From a marine bacterium AO1-C (GTDB lineage Bacteria > Bacteroidota > Bacteroidia > Cytophagales > Microscillaceae), in contig MLAY01000008.1 of assembly GCA_001890965.1 (NCBI GenBank), positions 424,341-488,340 on the forward strand: a DNA stretch of 64,000 nt, in the 5' to 3' direction. Both the position numbers and the translations under genes were made by a program. This document shows, in pieces, positions 49,287-60,462 of this stretch. The notes beneath the pieces were generated by a model. That model saw only the letters and a program-made list of their open reading frames with translations. It was not told the origin of the DNA and ran no database searches. Every line of letters starts with the position of its first letter. Position 1 is the first letter of the stretch.

Positions 49287-50642
49287 ATGAAAATTTCGAA
49301 AAATATTTGGTTTGTATTTGCCTGTTTTATGATGGTGAGTCAGATACAAGCACAAAGCAACTTGTTGCAATCAGGCCCAATGGTGGGATATTCTACCATG
49401 AAAGAGGTACTATTATGGGTGCAAACCAAGAAAGCAGCCAAGGTGCATTTTAAATATTGGGATATAAAAACACCTACCCAAAAACTTACCACTGAATCGG
49501 TCACTACTGAAAAAAAGATGGGTTTTGTGGCCAAAATTGTAGCAGAGGTAAATCAAGGTAAAAAATACAATTATGAATTATACATCAATGATCAATTGGT
49601 GAAACGTCCTTACCCACTGCAGTTTCAAAGTCAAACTTTATGGCAATACCGCACCGACCCTCCCCCATTCAAGTTTGTGTTTGGTAGCTGTGCTTTTATC
49701 AACGAAAAAGAAGTAGACCGTCCAGGCCGTCCTTACGGTGGAGAATATTTTATCTTCAAAACCATTGCTGATCAAAAGCCTGACTTTATGGTTTGGGGTG
49801 GCGATAATACTTATTTGAGAGAAGTAGACTGGAATTCACGTACTGGTATTATACATCGTTATACCCATACTCGTTCTTTGCCTGAGCTGCAAGCTCTTTG
49901 GGGAAGCGTGCATCATTACGCTACCTGGGATGACCACGATTTTGGCCCAGATAATTCTGATGCTTCGTTTTGGAACAAGGAATTAACCACGGAGATGTTT
50001 AAGTTATTTTGGGGAAATCCCAATTATGGCGTTGCAGGGGGTATCAGTGGTACATTTGCCTGGAATGACACACAGTTTTTCCTAATGGATGATCGCTACT
50101 TCCGTTCTTCGAGTGACGATAAACTCAAGACTCCTCAACTATTGGGAGATCGTCAAATTGAATGGTTGATTGAAGCATTGAAATATAGTCGAGCTAATTT
50201 CAAATTTGTAGTTGTGGGAAGCCAGGTTTTGAACAATCATGACTTTAGCAAATCTCGCTGGGCCGAAAACTATTCTACATATCCTGCCGAACAAAAAAAG
50301 CTTCTCAAAGCCATTAAGGATGCCAACATCCGTGGGGTTATATTTTTAACTGGTGACCGCCACCATACTGAATTGAGTAAATTAACCGAAGGAACCAATT
50401 ACCCTTTGTATGATGTAACCATTTCTCCTTTTACAGCTGGGTCAGCAGGTGAAAGAGGTAGAAAGGAAAAGAATACGATTCGAGTAGCTAATACTTATGT
50501 AGGGGTTCGCAACTTTGCCTTGATGGAGGTAACAGGTCCTCGTAGAGACAGGGTACTTACCATTAAAGTCATGGATAACAAAGGTAAAGAATTGTGGCAA
50601 CACAAGATCAAGGCCCGTGATTTACACCCTAAGCGCAAATAA
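49287..50642 (+). CDS. PhoD-like alkaline phosphatase/metallophosphoesterase (secreted)
   Basis: GDNTY, WDDHDFG and GDRHH motifs. Confidence 0.75.
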   Translation: MKISKNIWFVFACFMMVSQIQAQSNLLQSGPMVGYSTMKEVLLWVQTKKAAKVHFKYWDIKTPTQKLTTESVTTEKKMGFVAKIVAEVNQGKKYNYELYINDQLVKRPYPLQFQSQTLWQYRTDPPPFKFVFGSCAFINEKEVDRPGRPYGGEYFIFKTIADQKPDFMVWGGDNTYLREVDWNSRTGIIHRYTHTRSLPELQALWGSVHHYATWDDHDFGPDNSDASFWNKELTTEMFKLFWGNPNYGVAGGISGTFAWNDTQFFLMDDRYFRSSSDDKLKTPQLLGDRQIEWLIEALKYSRANFKFVVVGSQVLNNHDFSKSRWAENYSTYPAEQKKLLKAIKDANIRGVIFLTGDRHHTELSKLTEGTNYPLYDVTISPFTAGSAGERGRKEKNTIRVANTYVGVRNFALMEVTGPRRDRVLTIKVMDNKGKELWQHKIKARDLHPKRK

Positions 50643-50660
50643 CAGAATTTATTTAGTAGA

Positions 50661-50698
50661 AAAGAGTAGTAATCAATTGGATTGTTACTCTTTTTTAT
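50661..50698 (+). terminator. Rho-independent terminator
   Basis: aagagtagtaa...ttactctt stem followed by a T-run. Confidence 0.6.
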
Positions 50699-50744
50699 TT
50701 CTCTCCCTCCCTACGTTTGATATCCTTGAATTTTCCTGCTTACT

Positions 50745-50906
50745 TTGCATTATTAAGGTGAAACAATTCATTTCTTAATAGGGAATCAGGTGCAAACCCT
50801 GAACAGTCCCCGCTGCTGTAACTCTCACTTTTGATTTGGTACAATGAGCCACTGTTTAACGAAACGGGAAGGCGTACCAAATGAGAGAAGTCAGAAGACC
50901 TGCCTT
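50745..50906 (+). ncRNA. Cobalamin (adenosylcobalamin) riboswitch
   Basis: GGTGAAA...GGGAATCAGGTGCAAACCCTGAACAGTCCCCGCTGCTGTAA...GCCACTG...GGGAAGGC...AGTCAGAAGACCTGCC. Confidence 0.85.
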
Positions 50907-50954
50907 AATGCTCATTTTAATCACAGTACTTTCGGGAGAAAAGTCTTTAACATC

Positions 50955-52166
50955 ATGCAAAAAAACATTCTAACAAAGCTACACTACCTCATATTGGTAG
51001 GATGCCTGATAGGATCATTGAGTAGTTGCAATAGCTCAAATGATCAAAGTCAAAAAGGAAATGTCACCTCTGATTCCACTCAGAACACTTCCAAAAACTA
51101 TTTCAAAGATCAAGTTAAGGTAAAGTATGCTCGTAACTTCCAGGTTGAATACCACGGCAATTACAAAGTGGTAAAGCTTCTTAAGCCTTTTGAAGATGCT
51201 GATGATGGTATGCAATATGCCTTGGTACAGCGAGGCACTCCTGCGCCAAAGGGTTTTAAGGAAAGTGAGATCATTGAGATACCTATTCGTAAAATCATTA
51301 CTTTATCACACACCCATGTGGCTTTTATCCAGCAGTTGGGGCAAATCAATTCGGTACAAGGGGTTTCTGTTCCTCAGTACCTCACCAACGCTACTTTAAT
51401 TGACAAACACAAAAAGAAGCAATTGGTAGTAGCTGGAAGTGGCATGGAACTCAATACCGAAACCATTTTGGCGGCACAGCCTGATATGGTCATGGCCAGT
51501 GGAATGGCTTCCAACTCTTATAAGAAATACCAAACGCTAATTAGCGCAGGGGTTCCATTAATAATTAATTCCGAATGGCTTGAAAGGACACCACTAGGAC
51601 GTGCTGAATGGCTTAAATTCGTGGCTTTATTTTACAATTTAGAAAAAGAAGCCAATGCCACATTTAATAAGATTGAGACTGCTTATCAGAAACTCGTATC
51701 ATTAACCGCAAAAGTCACTAAAAAACCCAAAGTAGTGGTGGGACTTCCCTTTAAAGGTACCTGGTATATGCCCAGAGGTGGAAGTTTTGTAGGACAATAC
51801 CTAAAAGATGCTGGGGCTGATTATTATTGGAAAAACGAACAAGGGGTTGGTTCTATGCCACTAGATTTTGAAGCAGTGTATGGTAAAGCCCTCAAGGCCG
51901 ATTTTTGGATGGTCAACAGCTCAGTAAAAACCCTGCAAGGCATTAAGGATCGGGATACACGATTTGGAGACTTTGAAGCTTTTAAAACACAAAAGGTTTA
52001 TAATAATAACAAAAAAACTACCAGCCAAGGTGTGAATATATTCTTTAATAATAGCGTAGTTCATCCTGATTGGGTATTGGCCGATATGGTCAAGATTTTA
52101 CACCCTGATCTACTACCCGAACATGAACTGGTGTATTATCAAAAACTACCCCTCTCGCAAAACTAA
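50955..52166 (+). CDS. ABC transporter periplasmic substrate-binding lipoprotein, BtuF/iron-siderophore class
   Basis: Lipobox LSSC; PBP type-III blocks; sits downstream of the B12 riboswitch. Confidence 0.75.
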   Translation: MQKNILTKLHYLILVGCLIGSLSSCNSSNDQSQKGNVTSDSTQNTSKNYFKDQVKVKYARNFQVEYHGNYKVVKLLKPFEDADDGMQYALVQRGTPAPKGFKESEIIEIPIRKIITLSHTHVAFIQQLGQINSVQGVSVPQYLTNATLIDKHKKKQLVVAGSGMELNTETILAAQPDMVMASGMASNSYKKYQTLISAGVPLIINSEWLERTPLGRAEWLKFVALFYNLEKEANATFNKIETAYQKLVSLTAKVTKKPKVVVGLPFKGTWYMPRGGSFVGQYLKDAGADYYWKNEQGVGSMPLDFEAVYGKALKADFWMVNSSVKTLQGIKDRDTRFGDFEAFKTQKVYNNNKKTTSQGVNIFFNNSVVHPDWVLADMVKILHPDLLPEHELVYYQKLPLSQN

Positions 52167-52204
52167 TCCCCCTTATTCACACAAAACTCAAAGAAAATAA
52201 AGAC

Positions 52205-52357
52205 ATGAAAAAACCATTGGTAGAAAATGTAGATTACTACATTGAGAATGGCTTATATGTATTTACTGAAAAATATCACAAGGAAAGAGGTCATTGTTGC
52301 AAAAGTGGCTGCAGACATTGTCCTTATGGCTTCAAAAAGAACAAAAGAAAAATATAA
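52205..52357 (+). CDS. Small (50 aa) Cys-rich protein (C-C-x4-C-x2-C) in the B12 operon
   Basis: Read manually; below the 60-aa ORF cutoff. Confidence 0.4.
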   Translation: MKKPLVENVDYYIENGLYVFTEKYHKERGHCCKSGCRHCPYGFKKNKRKI

Positions 52358-52367
52358 AATTTAGCAT

Positions 52368-52880
52368 ATGGCTGCTACTATTTACTACATTACTGGTGGG
52401 CAACGTTCAGGCAAAAGTAGTTATGCTCAAAACCTGGCCCTTGAACTTACCAATACTCCCATATACTTAGCCACCTCTCGCGTGTGGGATGCCGATCATA
52501 GGAAACGTATAGAACGCCACCAGGCTGATCGAGATAAACGATGGACAAATATTGAAGAAGAAAAACTGGTAAGTCAGCTCGATTTACACCAAAAGGTGGT
52601 AGTGATGGACTGTGTAACATTGTGGCTCACCAATTTTTTTAGTGACAACAAATACGATGTAAATCAATCACTTACAGAGGCTAAAGCCGAATTTGATCGC
52701 TTAATTGAGCAAGATTTTACGCTGATTATTATTAGTAATGAAATTGGGATGGGCTTACATGCCGAGACCGAAGCTGGCCGTAAGTTCACTGACTTGCAAG
52801 GCTGGATGAATCAATACATTGGCCAAAAAGCCCAACATGCTACTCTGATGGTATCCGGAATACCCGTGAAAATCAAATAA
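52368..52880 (+). CDS. cobU: Adenosylcobinamide kinase/adenosylcobinamide-phosphate guanylyltransferase
   Basis: P-loop GGQRSGKS; 170 aa. Confidence 0.85.
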   Translation: MAATIYYITGGQRSGKSSYAQNLALELTNTPIYLATSRVWDADHRKRIERHQADRDKRWTNIEEEKLVSQLDLHQKVVVMDCVTLWLTNFFSDNKYDVNQSLTEAKAEFDRLIEQDFTLIIISNEIGMGLHAETEAGRKFTDLQGWMNQYIGQKAQHATLMVSGIPVKIK

Positions 52881-52976
52881 TTCTATATTTTTCAAAAAAA
52901 ATTTACCTGGCAGGGAATAAAACAAACATAAGCTTTGTCTAATAGTTTTGTATTGAAACTCCAAACACAAAATATT

Positions 52977-53423
52977 ATGAACCGTAATCTCCTGAAATTA
53001 ACCTTACTGCTCTTGTTGGGGGTATTCTTTGCCAACGATTTGTTGGCCCAGGAAGAACCTAATCGCCGCCGTCGTCGCAGAGGTAATATGACTCCTGAAC
53101 AACGCGAAGCCCGTTTGGATAAAATGATGGCTCGTATGAAAGATTCGCTTAACTTAGACGATACTCAGGTAACTAAGTTGAAAGAGTTGAATCGCAAAAT
53201 GTGGAAAAAAATGAGCGCAGCACGCAAAGAGTATGCTGATGATCGTCAGATGATGCGCGAAGAAATAACAGATATTCGTATCAAATATCAGAAAGGTGTA
53301 AAGAAAACCTTGAATAAAACGCAGTGGAAAAAGTTTAAAAAAATGGAAGAAGCTCGTCGCCGTAGAAGAATGGAGCGCAGAAGGCAACGTGGGAATCGCG
53401 GTGGTAATGGCGGAGGAGAATAA
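52977..53423 (+). CDS. Periplasmic LTXXQ-motif (Spy/CpxP-like) protein with a basic Arg-rich C-terminus
   Basis: Signal peptide; LDDTQVTKLKEL. Confidence 0.5.
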   Translation: MNRNLLKLTLLLLLGVFFANDLLAQEEPNRRRRRRGNMTPEQREARLDKMMARMKDSLNLDDTQVTKLKELNRKMWKKMSAARKEYADDRQMMREEITDIRIKYQKGVKKTLNKTQWKKFKKMEEARRRRRMERRRQRGNRGGNGGGE

Positions 53424-53460
53424 TTCAACTCAAATTATATCATAATCACTAACTGATGGA

Positions 53461-53485
53461 AAGGGGAGCTTAGGCTCCTTTTTTT
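53461..53485. terminator. Rho-independent terminator between convergent genes
   Basis: ggggagcttaggctcc followed by T7. Confidence 0.6.
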
Positions 53486-53491
53486 ATGCCC

Positions 53492-54364
53492 CTATTTATG
53501 GCTTATATTACGGTAAATCGCAAGTTGTGTGCTTGATATATGATACAAGCGGGTCGGGGTTACAAAAAGAAAAGCTGGTAAACTATCTACCTTAGCCGCC
53601 TTGCCATCGATTTTTATAACATCTTCTTGTTTAGAGACATCATATAAGCCCAGTTTTTTAATTTTTTGCGCCTGGATGATATACATAAATTTACCTACTA
53701 CGGTAAACCATTGGATGTTTTTATAAACAAGTTTTTTCTTAAAGTTACCCAAATTATCAAACACCCAAATACCTGAATTTTTATCTACTAAGTACAATAG
53801 ATTTTGGTATTCTTTCAAATAAATCACTTCATGTTGCTGACCACCCAACATCAAATCCAAGGCTACTTTTGTAATCACTTTATTCAATTGAGGATTATAT
53901 TTTTTGATGCTCAGATCGTTTTCATCAAACATCCATAAGTTGTTATCACTGGCCAAAGTAGCCAATCGTACAAAGCCTATGCCTTCTAAATCAAATTTTT
54001 GACGACTGGTTTGATCCAAAAAACGATTCAGCATTACATATTCTTGAAAGTCTCTATAAAACACAAACAAACGCATCGTTTGTGAAGTCGCCAAAGCAGT
54101 AACTGTACCTATCTTATCTGGCGAAAAAACCAGCAAACGTTTGCCTAATGAATCATATTGTATGATGTTTCCATCATTATCTGCTATGTAAATATGTTTT
54201 TTTTGATCTATAGCTGCTGAAGTTACCGACTTGATAGGAATGCTTTTTTCAAGGGTATAATTCGCCTGTGACCAGGTAAAGGAAGGGAGCAATAAAATCA
54301 ACAAGCAAGTACCTATTCGTCTTAGAAGATAAGGATTACTTATTTGCTTGCCTGATAAACGCAT
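53492..54364 (-). CDS. Hypothetical secreted protein
   Basis: Signal peptide. Confidence 0.4.
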   Translation of the reverse strand: MRLSGKQISNPYLLRRIGTCLLILLLPSFTWSQANYTLEKSIPIKSVTSAAIDQKKHIYIADNDGNIIQYDSLGKRLLVFSPDKIGTVTALATSQTMRLFVFYRDFQEYVMLNRFLDQTSRQKFDLEGIGFVRLATLASDNNLWMFDENDLSIKKYNPQLNKVITKVALDLMLGGQQHEVIYLKEYQNLLYLVDKNSGIWVFDNLGNFKKKLVYKNIQWFTVVGKFMYIIQAQKIKKLGLYDVSKQEDVIKIDGKAAKVDSLPAFLFVTPTRLYHISSTQLAIYRNISHK

Positions 54365-54368
54365 AAGG

Positions 54369-55184
54369 TTAGTTTTTTAGTTGCTCTAAGTATATAGCAG
54401 GTACTTCTTTTTCAAATGCTTGCAAGGTTAGAGAATTACCATCAAAACAAGCATAGGTTTGATAATGAAGCCATTCCCCCAGATTGACGTAACGACTCTC
54501 AGCTCCTACCTCTAAATCCAACGGTAAATGACGGTGGCCAAAAATATAATAGTCGTGGTGAGTATTGGCTTCCATTTCACGAGAATATTGCCACAACCAC
54601 TCATCATTTCCTAAAAACTGGTCGTCTTTTTTCATATTCTTAGCCCTGCTTTTTCGCGACCATAAATTGGCAAAACCTATTCCTAGATTTGGGTGTACTC
54701 TGGCAAACATCCATTGAGCAACTTTATTGGTAAATACCTTTTTAATCATTTTGTACGTGTGATCCCCTGGCCCAAGTCCATCGCCATGACCTACATACAT
54801 CTTTTTTTGGTTGATTGTCCATACTTGCGGATGATGGTAAACTTCTACTCCAAGCTCTTGAGTAAAATAATCAAACATCCACAAATCATGATTACCAGTA
54901 AAGAAGATAACAGGAATGCCTTTATCAGTAAATTCGGCCACGATTCCTTGTAAACGAATAAACCCCTTGGGAATAGCTCTTTTATACTCAAACCAAAAGT
55001 CAAATATATCGCCTACTAAAAACACTGCCTGAGCCTCTGCTTCTATTGAACGAAACCATCTGACAATTAATTCTTCACGTATTCGACTTTTTTCGTACGA
55101 GGGAGTTCCTAAGTGAAAATCAGAAGCAAAAAATATTTTTTTTCCCAGATCTAACTGAAAATCACGAGGTAGGGTTGTCATCAA
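54369..55184 (-). CDS. lpxH: UDP-2,3-diacylglucosamine hydrolase-like metallophosphoesterase
   Basis: DFHLG...GDIFDFW...GNHD. Confidence 0.7.
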   Translation of the reverse strand: MMTTLPRDFQLDLGKKIFFASDFHLGTPSYEKSRIREELIVRWFRSIEAEAQAVFLVGDIFDFWFEYKRAIPKGFIRLQGIVAEFTDKGIPVIFFTGNHDLWMFDYFTQELGVEVYHHPQVWTINQKKMYVGHGDGLGPGDHTYKMIKKVFTNKVAQWMFARVHPNLGIGFANLWSRKSRAKNMKKDDQFLGNDEWLWQYSREMEANTHHDYYIFGHRHLPLDLEVGAESRYVNLGEWLHYQTYACFDGNSLTLQAFEKEVPAIYLEQLKN

Positions 55185-55809
55185 TAAAAAATAAGATTAT
55201 TTCTTTTGGGCCGTGTGCACCCAATACCAATGTTTTTTCAATGTCTGCGGTGCGACTAGGTCCAGTAATAAGGCTTATCATTGAAGGAAATACTTCCTGA
55301 TCATACTTATTTCGTACAAGAGACAATCCTTCTTGCACATTATATACCAATTGGGAAGCAAAAGCCACTACAATGTGTACTGGGGGGTAAATTGAAAGGC
55401 GACGCCCTCCAGTTTGTCGCGACGAAATAAGCACACTACCAGTTCTGGAAATCAAGGCTTCACATTTAGTAATGCCTATATCTGCCCGGAGAAAATCAGT
55501 ATCATCGTACAGAAACTTTAGCCCACTTTTTTCTATTAATTTTTGCAGGTATCTATCCCATATATAGATGTTTTCCTCATCTCTTCGGCCTAGCAACTGC
55601 TTCAACTCATTTACAAACACTTCAGGGCTTTCACAGTAATAAAAGTCTCCATTATTTTTTTTGAAGTTTTCAGCAAAAATAACATCTGGATACTCTTCCT
55701 CTGATTTAGCATAAACCCCCACCGAAAAATCCGGTTTAGGCATCGGATTTTCGGTAGGGGTTTCTAGTGCTTGTTTAATACGACTTAAAATATTTTCTCG
55801 AGCACTCAA
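55162..55809 (-). CDS. LUD-domain (LutC/YkgG-like) protein
   Basis: 215 aa; overlaps the lpxH start by 23 nt. Confidence 0.6.
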   Translation of the reverse strand: MSARENILSRIKQALETPTENPMPKPDFSVGVYAKSEEEYPDVIFAENFKKNNGDFYYCESPEVFVNELKQLLGRRDEENIYIWDRYLQKLIEKSGLKFLYDDTDFLRADIGITKCEALISRTGSVLISSRQTGGRRLSIYPPVHIVVAFASQLVYNVQEGLSLVRNKYDQEVFPSMISLITGPSRTADIEKTLVLGAHGPKEIILFFIDDNPTS

Positions 55810-55821
55810 GTTTATTTCTAG

Positions 55822-57912
55822 TTAGTTATTTTCAGTATCAGAACTGCTGCCGTTTTCGTCTGCATCTTTGTCCTGAATAGCTGAGTTTACAATTTTTTCT
55901 TCTTCTTTATCATCTGTGTCATGCTTACCATTCACATGCTTAGTAAAGGCTTGGTAAGAGGTATCATTATCAAATGGTCGCTTGCCAATCAAACGCTCTA
56001 AATCGTTTTGGAAAATAATTTCTTTTGATAATAACTCCTGTGCTATAATCTCTAATTCCTCACGTTTGTCTGTCAATAAGGTTTTAGTGCGATCGTAACA
56101 CTCTGCAATCAAGTTTCTTACTTCTTCATCAATGGTATTAGCAGTTGCGTCAGAATATGGCTTCGTGAAAGAATAATCAGAAGATGATTTAGAATCATAG
56201 AAAGATACATTTCCGATCTTATCATTCATTCCGTACATCGTTACGATACCGTAAGCCATTTTGGTAATTCTTTCTAAATCACTTAAAGCACCTGTAGAAA
56301 CTCTACCAAAAACGATATCCTCTGCGGCTCTTCCACCTAATGTCATACACATTTCATCCATCAACTGCTCCTTAGTATGAAGGAACTGCTCACGAGGTAA
56401 ATATTGGGCATAACCCAATGCAGCAATACCACGAGGTACTATACTTACTTTTACCAAAGGATCTGCATGCTCTAAGAACCATCCAGATACCGCATGACCT
56501 GCTTCGTGATAAGCCACGATTTTTTTCTCGCTTGGAGAAATCAATTTATTTTTCTTCTCAAGACCTCCAATCACCCTATCAATCGCATCTTGGAAATCTT
56601 GCATATCTACCGACTTCTTATCTTTACGAGCGGCAATCAAAGCACTCTCATTACATACATTGGCGATTTCGGCACCTGCAAAACCAGGAGTTTGAGCAGC
56701 TAATTTTTTAGAGTCTACATCATTAGCCAATTTTAAAGGCTTCAAGTGAACTTTAAATATTGCTTCTCTACCAATGATGTCTGGTTTATCAATTGAAACC
56801 TGACGGTCAAAACGTCCTGGACGCATCAAAGCAGAGTCTAATACATCAGGGCGGTTGGTAGCTGCCAGAATAATTACCCCAGAGTCAGTAGAGAATCCAT
56901 CCATTTCTACTAACAAAGAGTTCAATGTATTTTCACGCTCGTCGTTTGAACCAGGCATCTGGCCTCTACCACGCGAACGACCAATTGCATCAATCTCGTC
57001 AATAAATACAATACAAGGCGCTTTTTCCTTAGCTTGTTTGAATAAATCACGTACCCGTGCTGCTCCTACCCCTACAAACATCTCTACAAAGTCGGAACCA
57101 GATAAACTAAAGAAAGGAACACCAGCTTCACCAGCTACTGCTTTGGCTAATAAGGTTTTACCAGTACCGGGAGGGCCTACTAGTAAAGCTCCTTTGGGGA
57201 TTTTACCACCAAGGCTCGTATATTTTGAAGGGTGCTTCAAAAACTCTACAATTTCTTTTACTTCTTCTTTAGCTTCATCTAAACCAGCTACGTCACTGAA
57301 AGTGATCTTCACTCGATTCTCAGCGTCAAATAAAGCAGCTCTTGACTTACCAATGTTAAAGATTTGTCCACCAGGACCTCCTCCTCCTGTCATTCGGCGC
57401 ATTAAGAACCACAGACCAAATAACATCAGGAACAAAATACCCCAATTGAAAATTAAACCAGTAAAATCCGATTCTTGCTCTGGAACATAACCAATTCTTT
57501 CGCTTTCGGTGATTTTTTTATTCTTAATCATTTCGTCCTGAACTGCATCAAAGCGTTCTACGAAATCCTTAGGGTCTAAAATGCTAAATTTGAAGTGAGG
57601 GCCACGATTAGAACCAAGAGGCATTCTTTGATCTTTTAATAAGTTGCTATACTTTTTTAAAGAATCTTTTTTAATCGTTACCTCTACCGTTTCTTTATTA
57701 ATCACTACCACTTTTGCCACATTACCGTCTCTCAGTATGTTATCAAACTGTAGTTGGGTAATTTTCACAGCGGAGCTACTCTTGCTGAAATAAGCAATTC
57801 CTGCAATCAAAATAATGAGTACCGTAATTAACCAAAACTGGTAGCCTGATCGCTGCGGTGCCTTATTATTGGGAGCTATCTTTTTCTTTTTTTGATTGTT
57901 ATTCTTACTCAT
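55822..57912 (-). CDS. ftsH: ATP-dependent zinc metalloprotease FtsH
   Basis: Walker [14 protein letters not shown] motif. Confidence 0.9.
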   Translation of the reverse strand: MSKNNNQKKKKIAPNNKAPQRSGYQFWLITVLIILIAGIAYFSKSSSAVKITQLQFDNILRDGNVAKVVVINKETVEVTIKKDSLKKYSNLLKDQRMPLGSNRGPHFKFSILDPKDFVERFDAVQDEMIKNKKITESERIGYVPEQESDFTGLIFNWGILFLMLFGLWFLMRRMTGGGGPGGQIFNIGKSRAALFDAENRVKITFSDVAGLDEAKEEVKEIVEFLKHPSKYTSLGGKIPKGALLVGPPGTGKTLLAKAVAGEAGVPFFSLSGSDFVEMFVGVGAARVRDLFKQAKEKAPCIVFIDEIDAIGRSRGRGQMPGSNDERENTLNSLLVEMDGFSTDSGVIILAATNRPDVLDSALMRPGRFDRQVSIDKPDIIGREAIFKVHLKPLKLANDVDSKKLAAQTPGFAGAEIANVCNESALIAARKDKKSVDMQDFQDAIDRVIGGLEKKNKLISPSEKKIVAYHEAGHAVSGWFLEHADPLVKVSIVPRGIAALGYAQYLPREQFLHTKEQLMDEMCMTLGGRAAEDIVFGRVSTGALSDLERITKMAYGIVTMYGMNDKIGNVSFYDSKSSSDYSFTKPYSDATANTIDEEVRNLIAECYDRTKTLLTDKREELEIIAQELLSKEIIFQNDLERLIGKRPFDNDTSYQAFTKHVNGKHDTDDKEEEKIVNSAIQDKDADENGSSSDTENN

Positions 57913-57949
57913 CTTTGTCTATATCCTCATTAATTGGATAATATCTAAC

Positions 57950-58351
57950 TTAATAATTATAAATATTGTTTGGATCGTCATCAGGGTTAATTTCTGTAAC
58001 CACAGCATCACCCCATAAATCTTCTAGTGCATAGAAATCACGTCGATCCTTACGAAAGACGTGTGCCACAACATTGACGTAGTCCATCAAAATCCATTCC
58101 TTGTTATCTTTACCTTCTTTATGCCAAGGATTTTCCTGGGTGTGTTTATAAACCATTTCTTCTATGGAATCACTGATTGCATCTACCTGATTTACAGTGT
58201 TTCCTGAGCATATAACAAAGTAATCTGCGATTGATTGTTTAATCTCTTTCAAATCAAGTACCACCACATCAAGCGCCTTCTTTTCCAACATCCCTTCTAC
58301 AACAATTTTGCTCAATTCCTTAGAACTGAGCTGTACTTTAGTTATTTTCAT
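57950..58351 (-). CDS. rsfS: Ribosome silencing factor
   Basis: Iojap-family blocks. Confidence 0.8.
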   Translation of the reverse strand: MKITKVQLSSKELSKIVVEGMLEKKALDVVVLDLKEIKQSIADYFVICSGNTVNQVDAISDSIEEMVYKHTQENPWHKEGKDNKEWILMDYVNVVAHVFRKDRRDFYALEDLWGDAVVTEINPDDDPNNIYNY

Positions 58352-58390
58352 GCTTTATAGTTAATTTTGCCATAAAATTACAAAAAATAT

Positions 58391-59149
58391 TTGCATAACC
58401 TTATACTAGATACATTAATCATAGGCAAACCTGTCATACATCTGCCAACTTGTCATTCTACCAATACTTACGCTCGCAATTTGGCAGCTAAAGAGAAAGT
58501 TATTGAGGGGACAGTAATTATTGCAACAGAACAAACTGCGGGGCGTGGGCAAATGGGGAATAGTTGGGAATCTGAGCCTTATCAAAATTTTACCTTATCG
58601 GTTATATTACGTCCAATTTTTTTAAAAGTTAGCGATCAATTTCATATAAATATAGCCATTTCACTAGGTATATACAATTTTTTGCATGAATATTTAGGAG
58701 ACCAACTCAAAATAAAATGGCCTAATGATATCCTCTATGAAAACTACAAATTAGGGGGTATTCTTATAGAAAACGTCCTTAAAGGAAGTGGTATTGATTA
58801 TACTATAATCGGCATGGGCTTAAACATCAATCAACAACATTTTAAGACAGCTCCTCGTGCTTCTTCTCTAAAATTATTAACAGGTATTCACTACAATCTG
58901 GAAGAGCTGCTCCCTAAACTACTAAAAAGCCTGGAAGAAACTTATCTGAGACTTCGCCAAAATCAAACGGAAGTTTTAAAAAATGAGTATATCCAACGTT
59001 TATTTAGATGGCAAGAGAAATATACCTTCAAAACTGACGTTTTATTTGAAGGTAAAATTGTAGGCTTGGATCAGTTTGGGCGTTTGGAAATAGAAAGCAA
59101 AGACGGAACACAAGCATACAATTTCAAAGAAATAGAGTTTATTTATTAA
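58391..59149 (+). CDS. birA: Biotin--[acetyl-CoA-carboxylase] ligase
   Basis: GRGQMGNSWES. Confidence 0.8.
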   Translation: MHNLILDTLIIGKPVIHLPTCHSTNTYARNLAAKEKVIEGTVIIATEQTAGRGQMGNSWESEPYQNFTLSVILRPIFLKVSDQFHINIAISLGIYNFLHEYLGDQLKIKWPNDILYENYKLGGILIENVLKGSGIDYTIIGMGLNINQQHFKTAPRASSLKLLTGIHYNLEELLPKLLKSLEETYLRLRQNQTEVLKNEYIQRLFRWQEKYTFKTDVLFEGKIVGLDQFGRLEIESKDGTQAYNFKEIEFIY

Positions 59150-59313
59150 CTCAATCTCATTTCATTGTTAAATTGTTTTATGTTTGTCATAAGATCATAA
59201 ATAATAGAGTTATTCATGAAAGCTGGGTGCTCCAACACTCAGTTTAACCTTTAAAATAAGCATATTTAGAAAATGCGTAACATCAGTTAGATAATCAAAA
59301 ATAATCAATTCTT

Positions 59314-60381
59314 ATGTTAAAAAGGTGTACAATATTAGTCCTGGTATTTCTTGCAATGGGTGAACTAAAAGCGCAAGATGCCCAATTCTCACAATACTAT
59401 GCCGCCCCTCTTTACATTAACCCAGCATTCGCAGGTTCAGACCATACACCACGCTTAGTGCTCAACTATCGTCGTCAATGGAGTGGTTTAGATGCGTCCT
59501 TTACCACTTATTCAGGTTCGTTTGACCATTACTTCGAGAACTTCAATAGTAGTATAGGCCTTATTTATACTCACGACCAAGTAAGTAACGGAGGAGCCAC
59601 TACTCAAGATATTGGTTTACAGTATGCTTATGAAATGGATTTAGGAGAATGGTGGCTGTTTGGCATTGAAATGCCTCGTATGCTTCGGATGGGTCTACAA
59701 GGATCTTATATATTAAGGAGTAACATTTCTGGTCTTGCCTTTGGCGATCAGTTTGATAACAATAATGGTTTGGTAAATGGGGCAAGTATTGACCCAGCTG
59801 CACAAGTAAATGGCGTAAATTATGCCAATGTAGCTGCGGGTGCACTATTATATGATGAGTATTTATGGGTAGGATTTTCGGCACATAACCTTACCAGACC
59901 CAATCAAAGCTTTTTACCTGACGTAAATGGAGAGTCACGTCTTCCCATCCGTTACACGCTTCAGGCTGGTGTAAAAATACCTTTAGGTGAACCAGCAGAT
60001 TGGCGTGATAAATACCGTCCTGGATATAAAGAAATGAGTATCAGTCCTACCTTTCTTTACAAACACCAGGGAGGGTTTGATCAACTCGATGTTGGCTTGT
60101 ATTGGACTTACGCACCGTTTACTGTGGGGGCATTTTATCGTGGATTACCCATCAAGAAAGTGGATCAATTGATTTCAAATAATGAAGCTCTGATTGCTAT
60201 GGCAGGGGTTCGCTTGAAAAACTTTTCCTTAGGATATAGCTATGATTTTACCGTTTCAAAGTTGACCAATGGAGCTACTTCTGGTGTGCATGAAATCTCT
60301 CTCAGAATAAACTTTGTAAATCAGGAAAAATGGGGGGTAAAACAAAAGAAAAGCGGAGGGCTACCCTGTCCAAGTTTATAG
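59314..60381 (+). CDS. PorP/SprF-family type IX secretion system membrane protein
   Basis: N-terminal QFSQYYAAPLYINPAFAG. Confidence 0.8.
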   Translation: MLKRCTILVLVFLAMGELKAQDAQFSQYYAAPLYINPAFAGSDHTPRLVLNYRRQWSGLDASFTTYSGSFDHYFENFNSSIGLIYTHDQVSNGGATTQDIGLQYAYEMDLGEWWLFGIEMPRMLRMGLQGSYILRSNISGLAFGDQFDNNNGLVNGASIDPAAQVNGVNYANVAAGALLYDEYLWVGFSAHNLTRPNQSFLPDVNGESRLPIRYTLQAGVKIPLGEPADWRDKYRPGYKEMSISPTFLYKHQGGFDQLDVGLYWTYAPFTVGAFYRGLPIKKVDQLISNNEALIAMAGVRLKNFSLGYSYDFTVSKLTNGATSGVHEISLRINFVNQEKWGVKQKKSGGLPCPSL

Positions 60382-60406
60382 AAAAATTTTATCTTATATG
60401 ACTATA

Positions 60407-60448
60407 AGAAATGCCTGACTTAAATGATTATAAGTCAGGCATTTTTTA
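60407..60448. terminator. Bidirectional terminator
   Basis: aatgcctgactta...taagtcaggcatt stem followed by T6. Confidence 0.65.
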
Positions 60449-60462
60449 CTTAAGATTTATGT

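Noticed and set aside
50844-50954. Upstream extension of the btuF-like ORF
   Set aside because: It overlaps the cobalamin riboswitch. The lipoprotein signal begins at the internal Met at 50955.
59600-59884. ORF antisense to porP/sprF
   Set aside because: It is nested in a confidently assigned gene.
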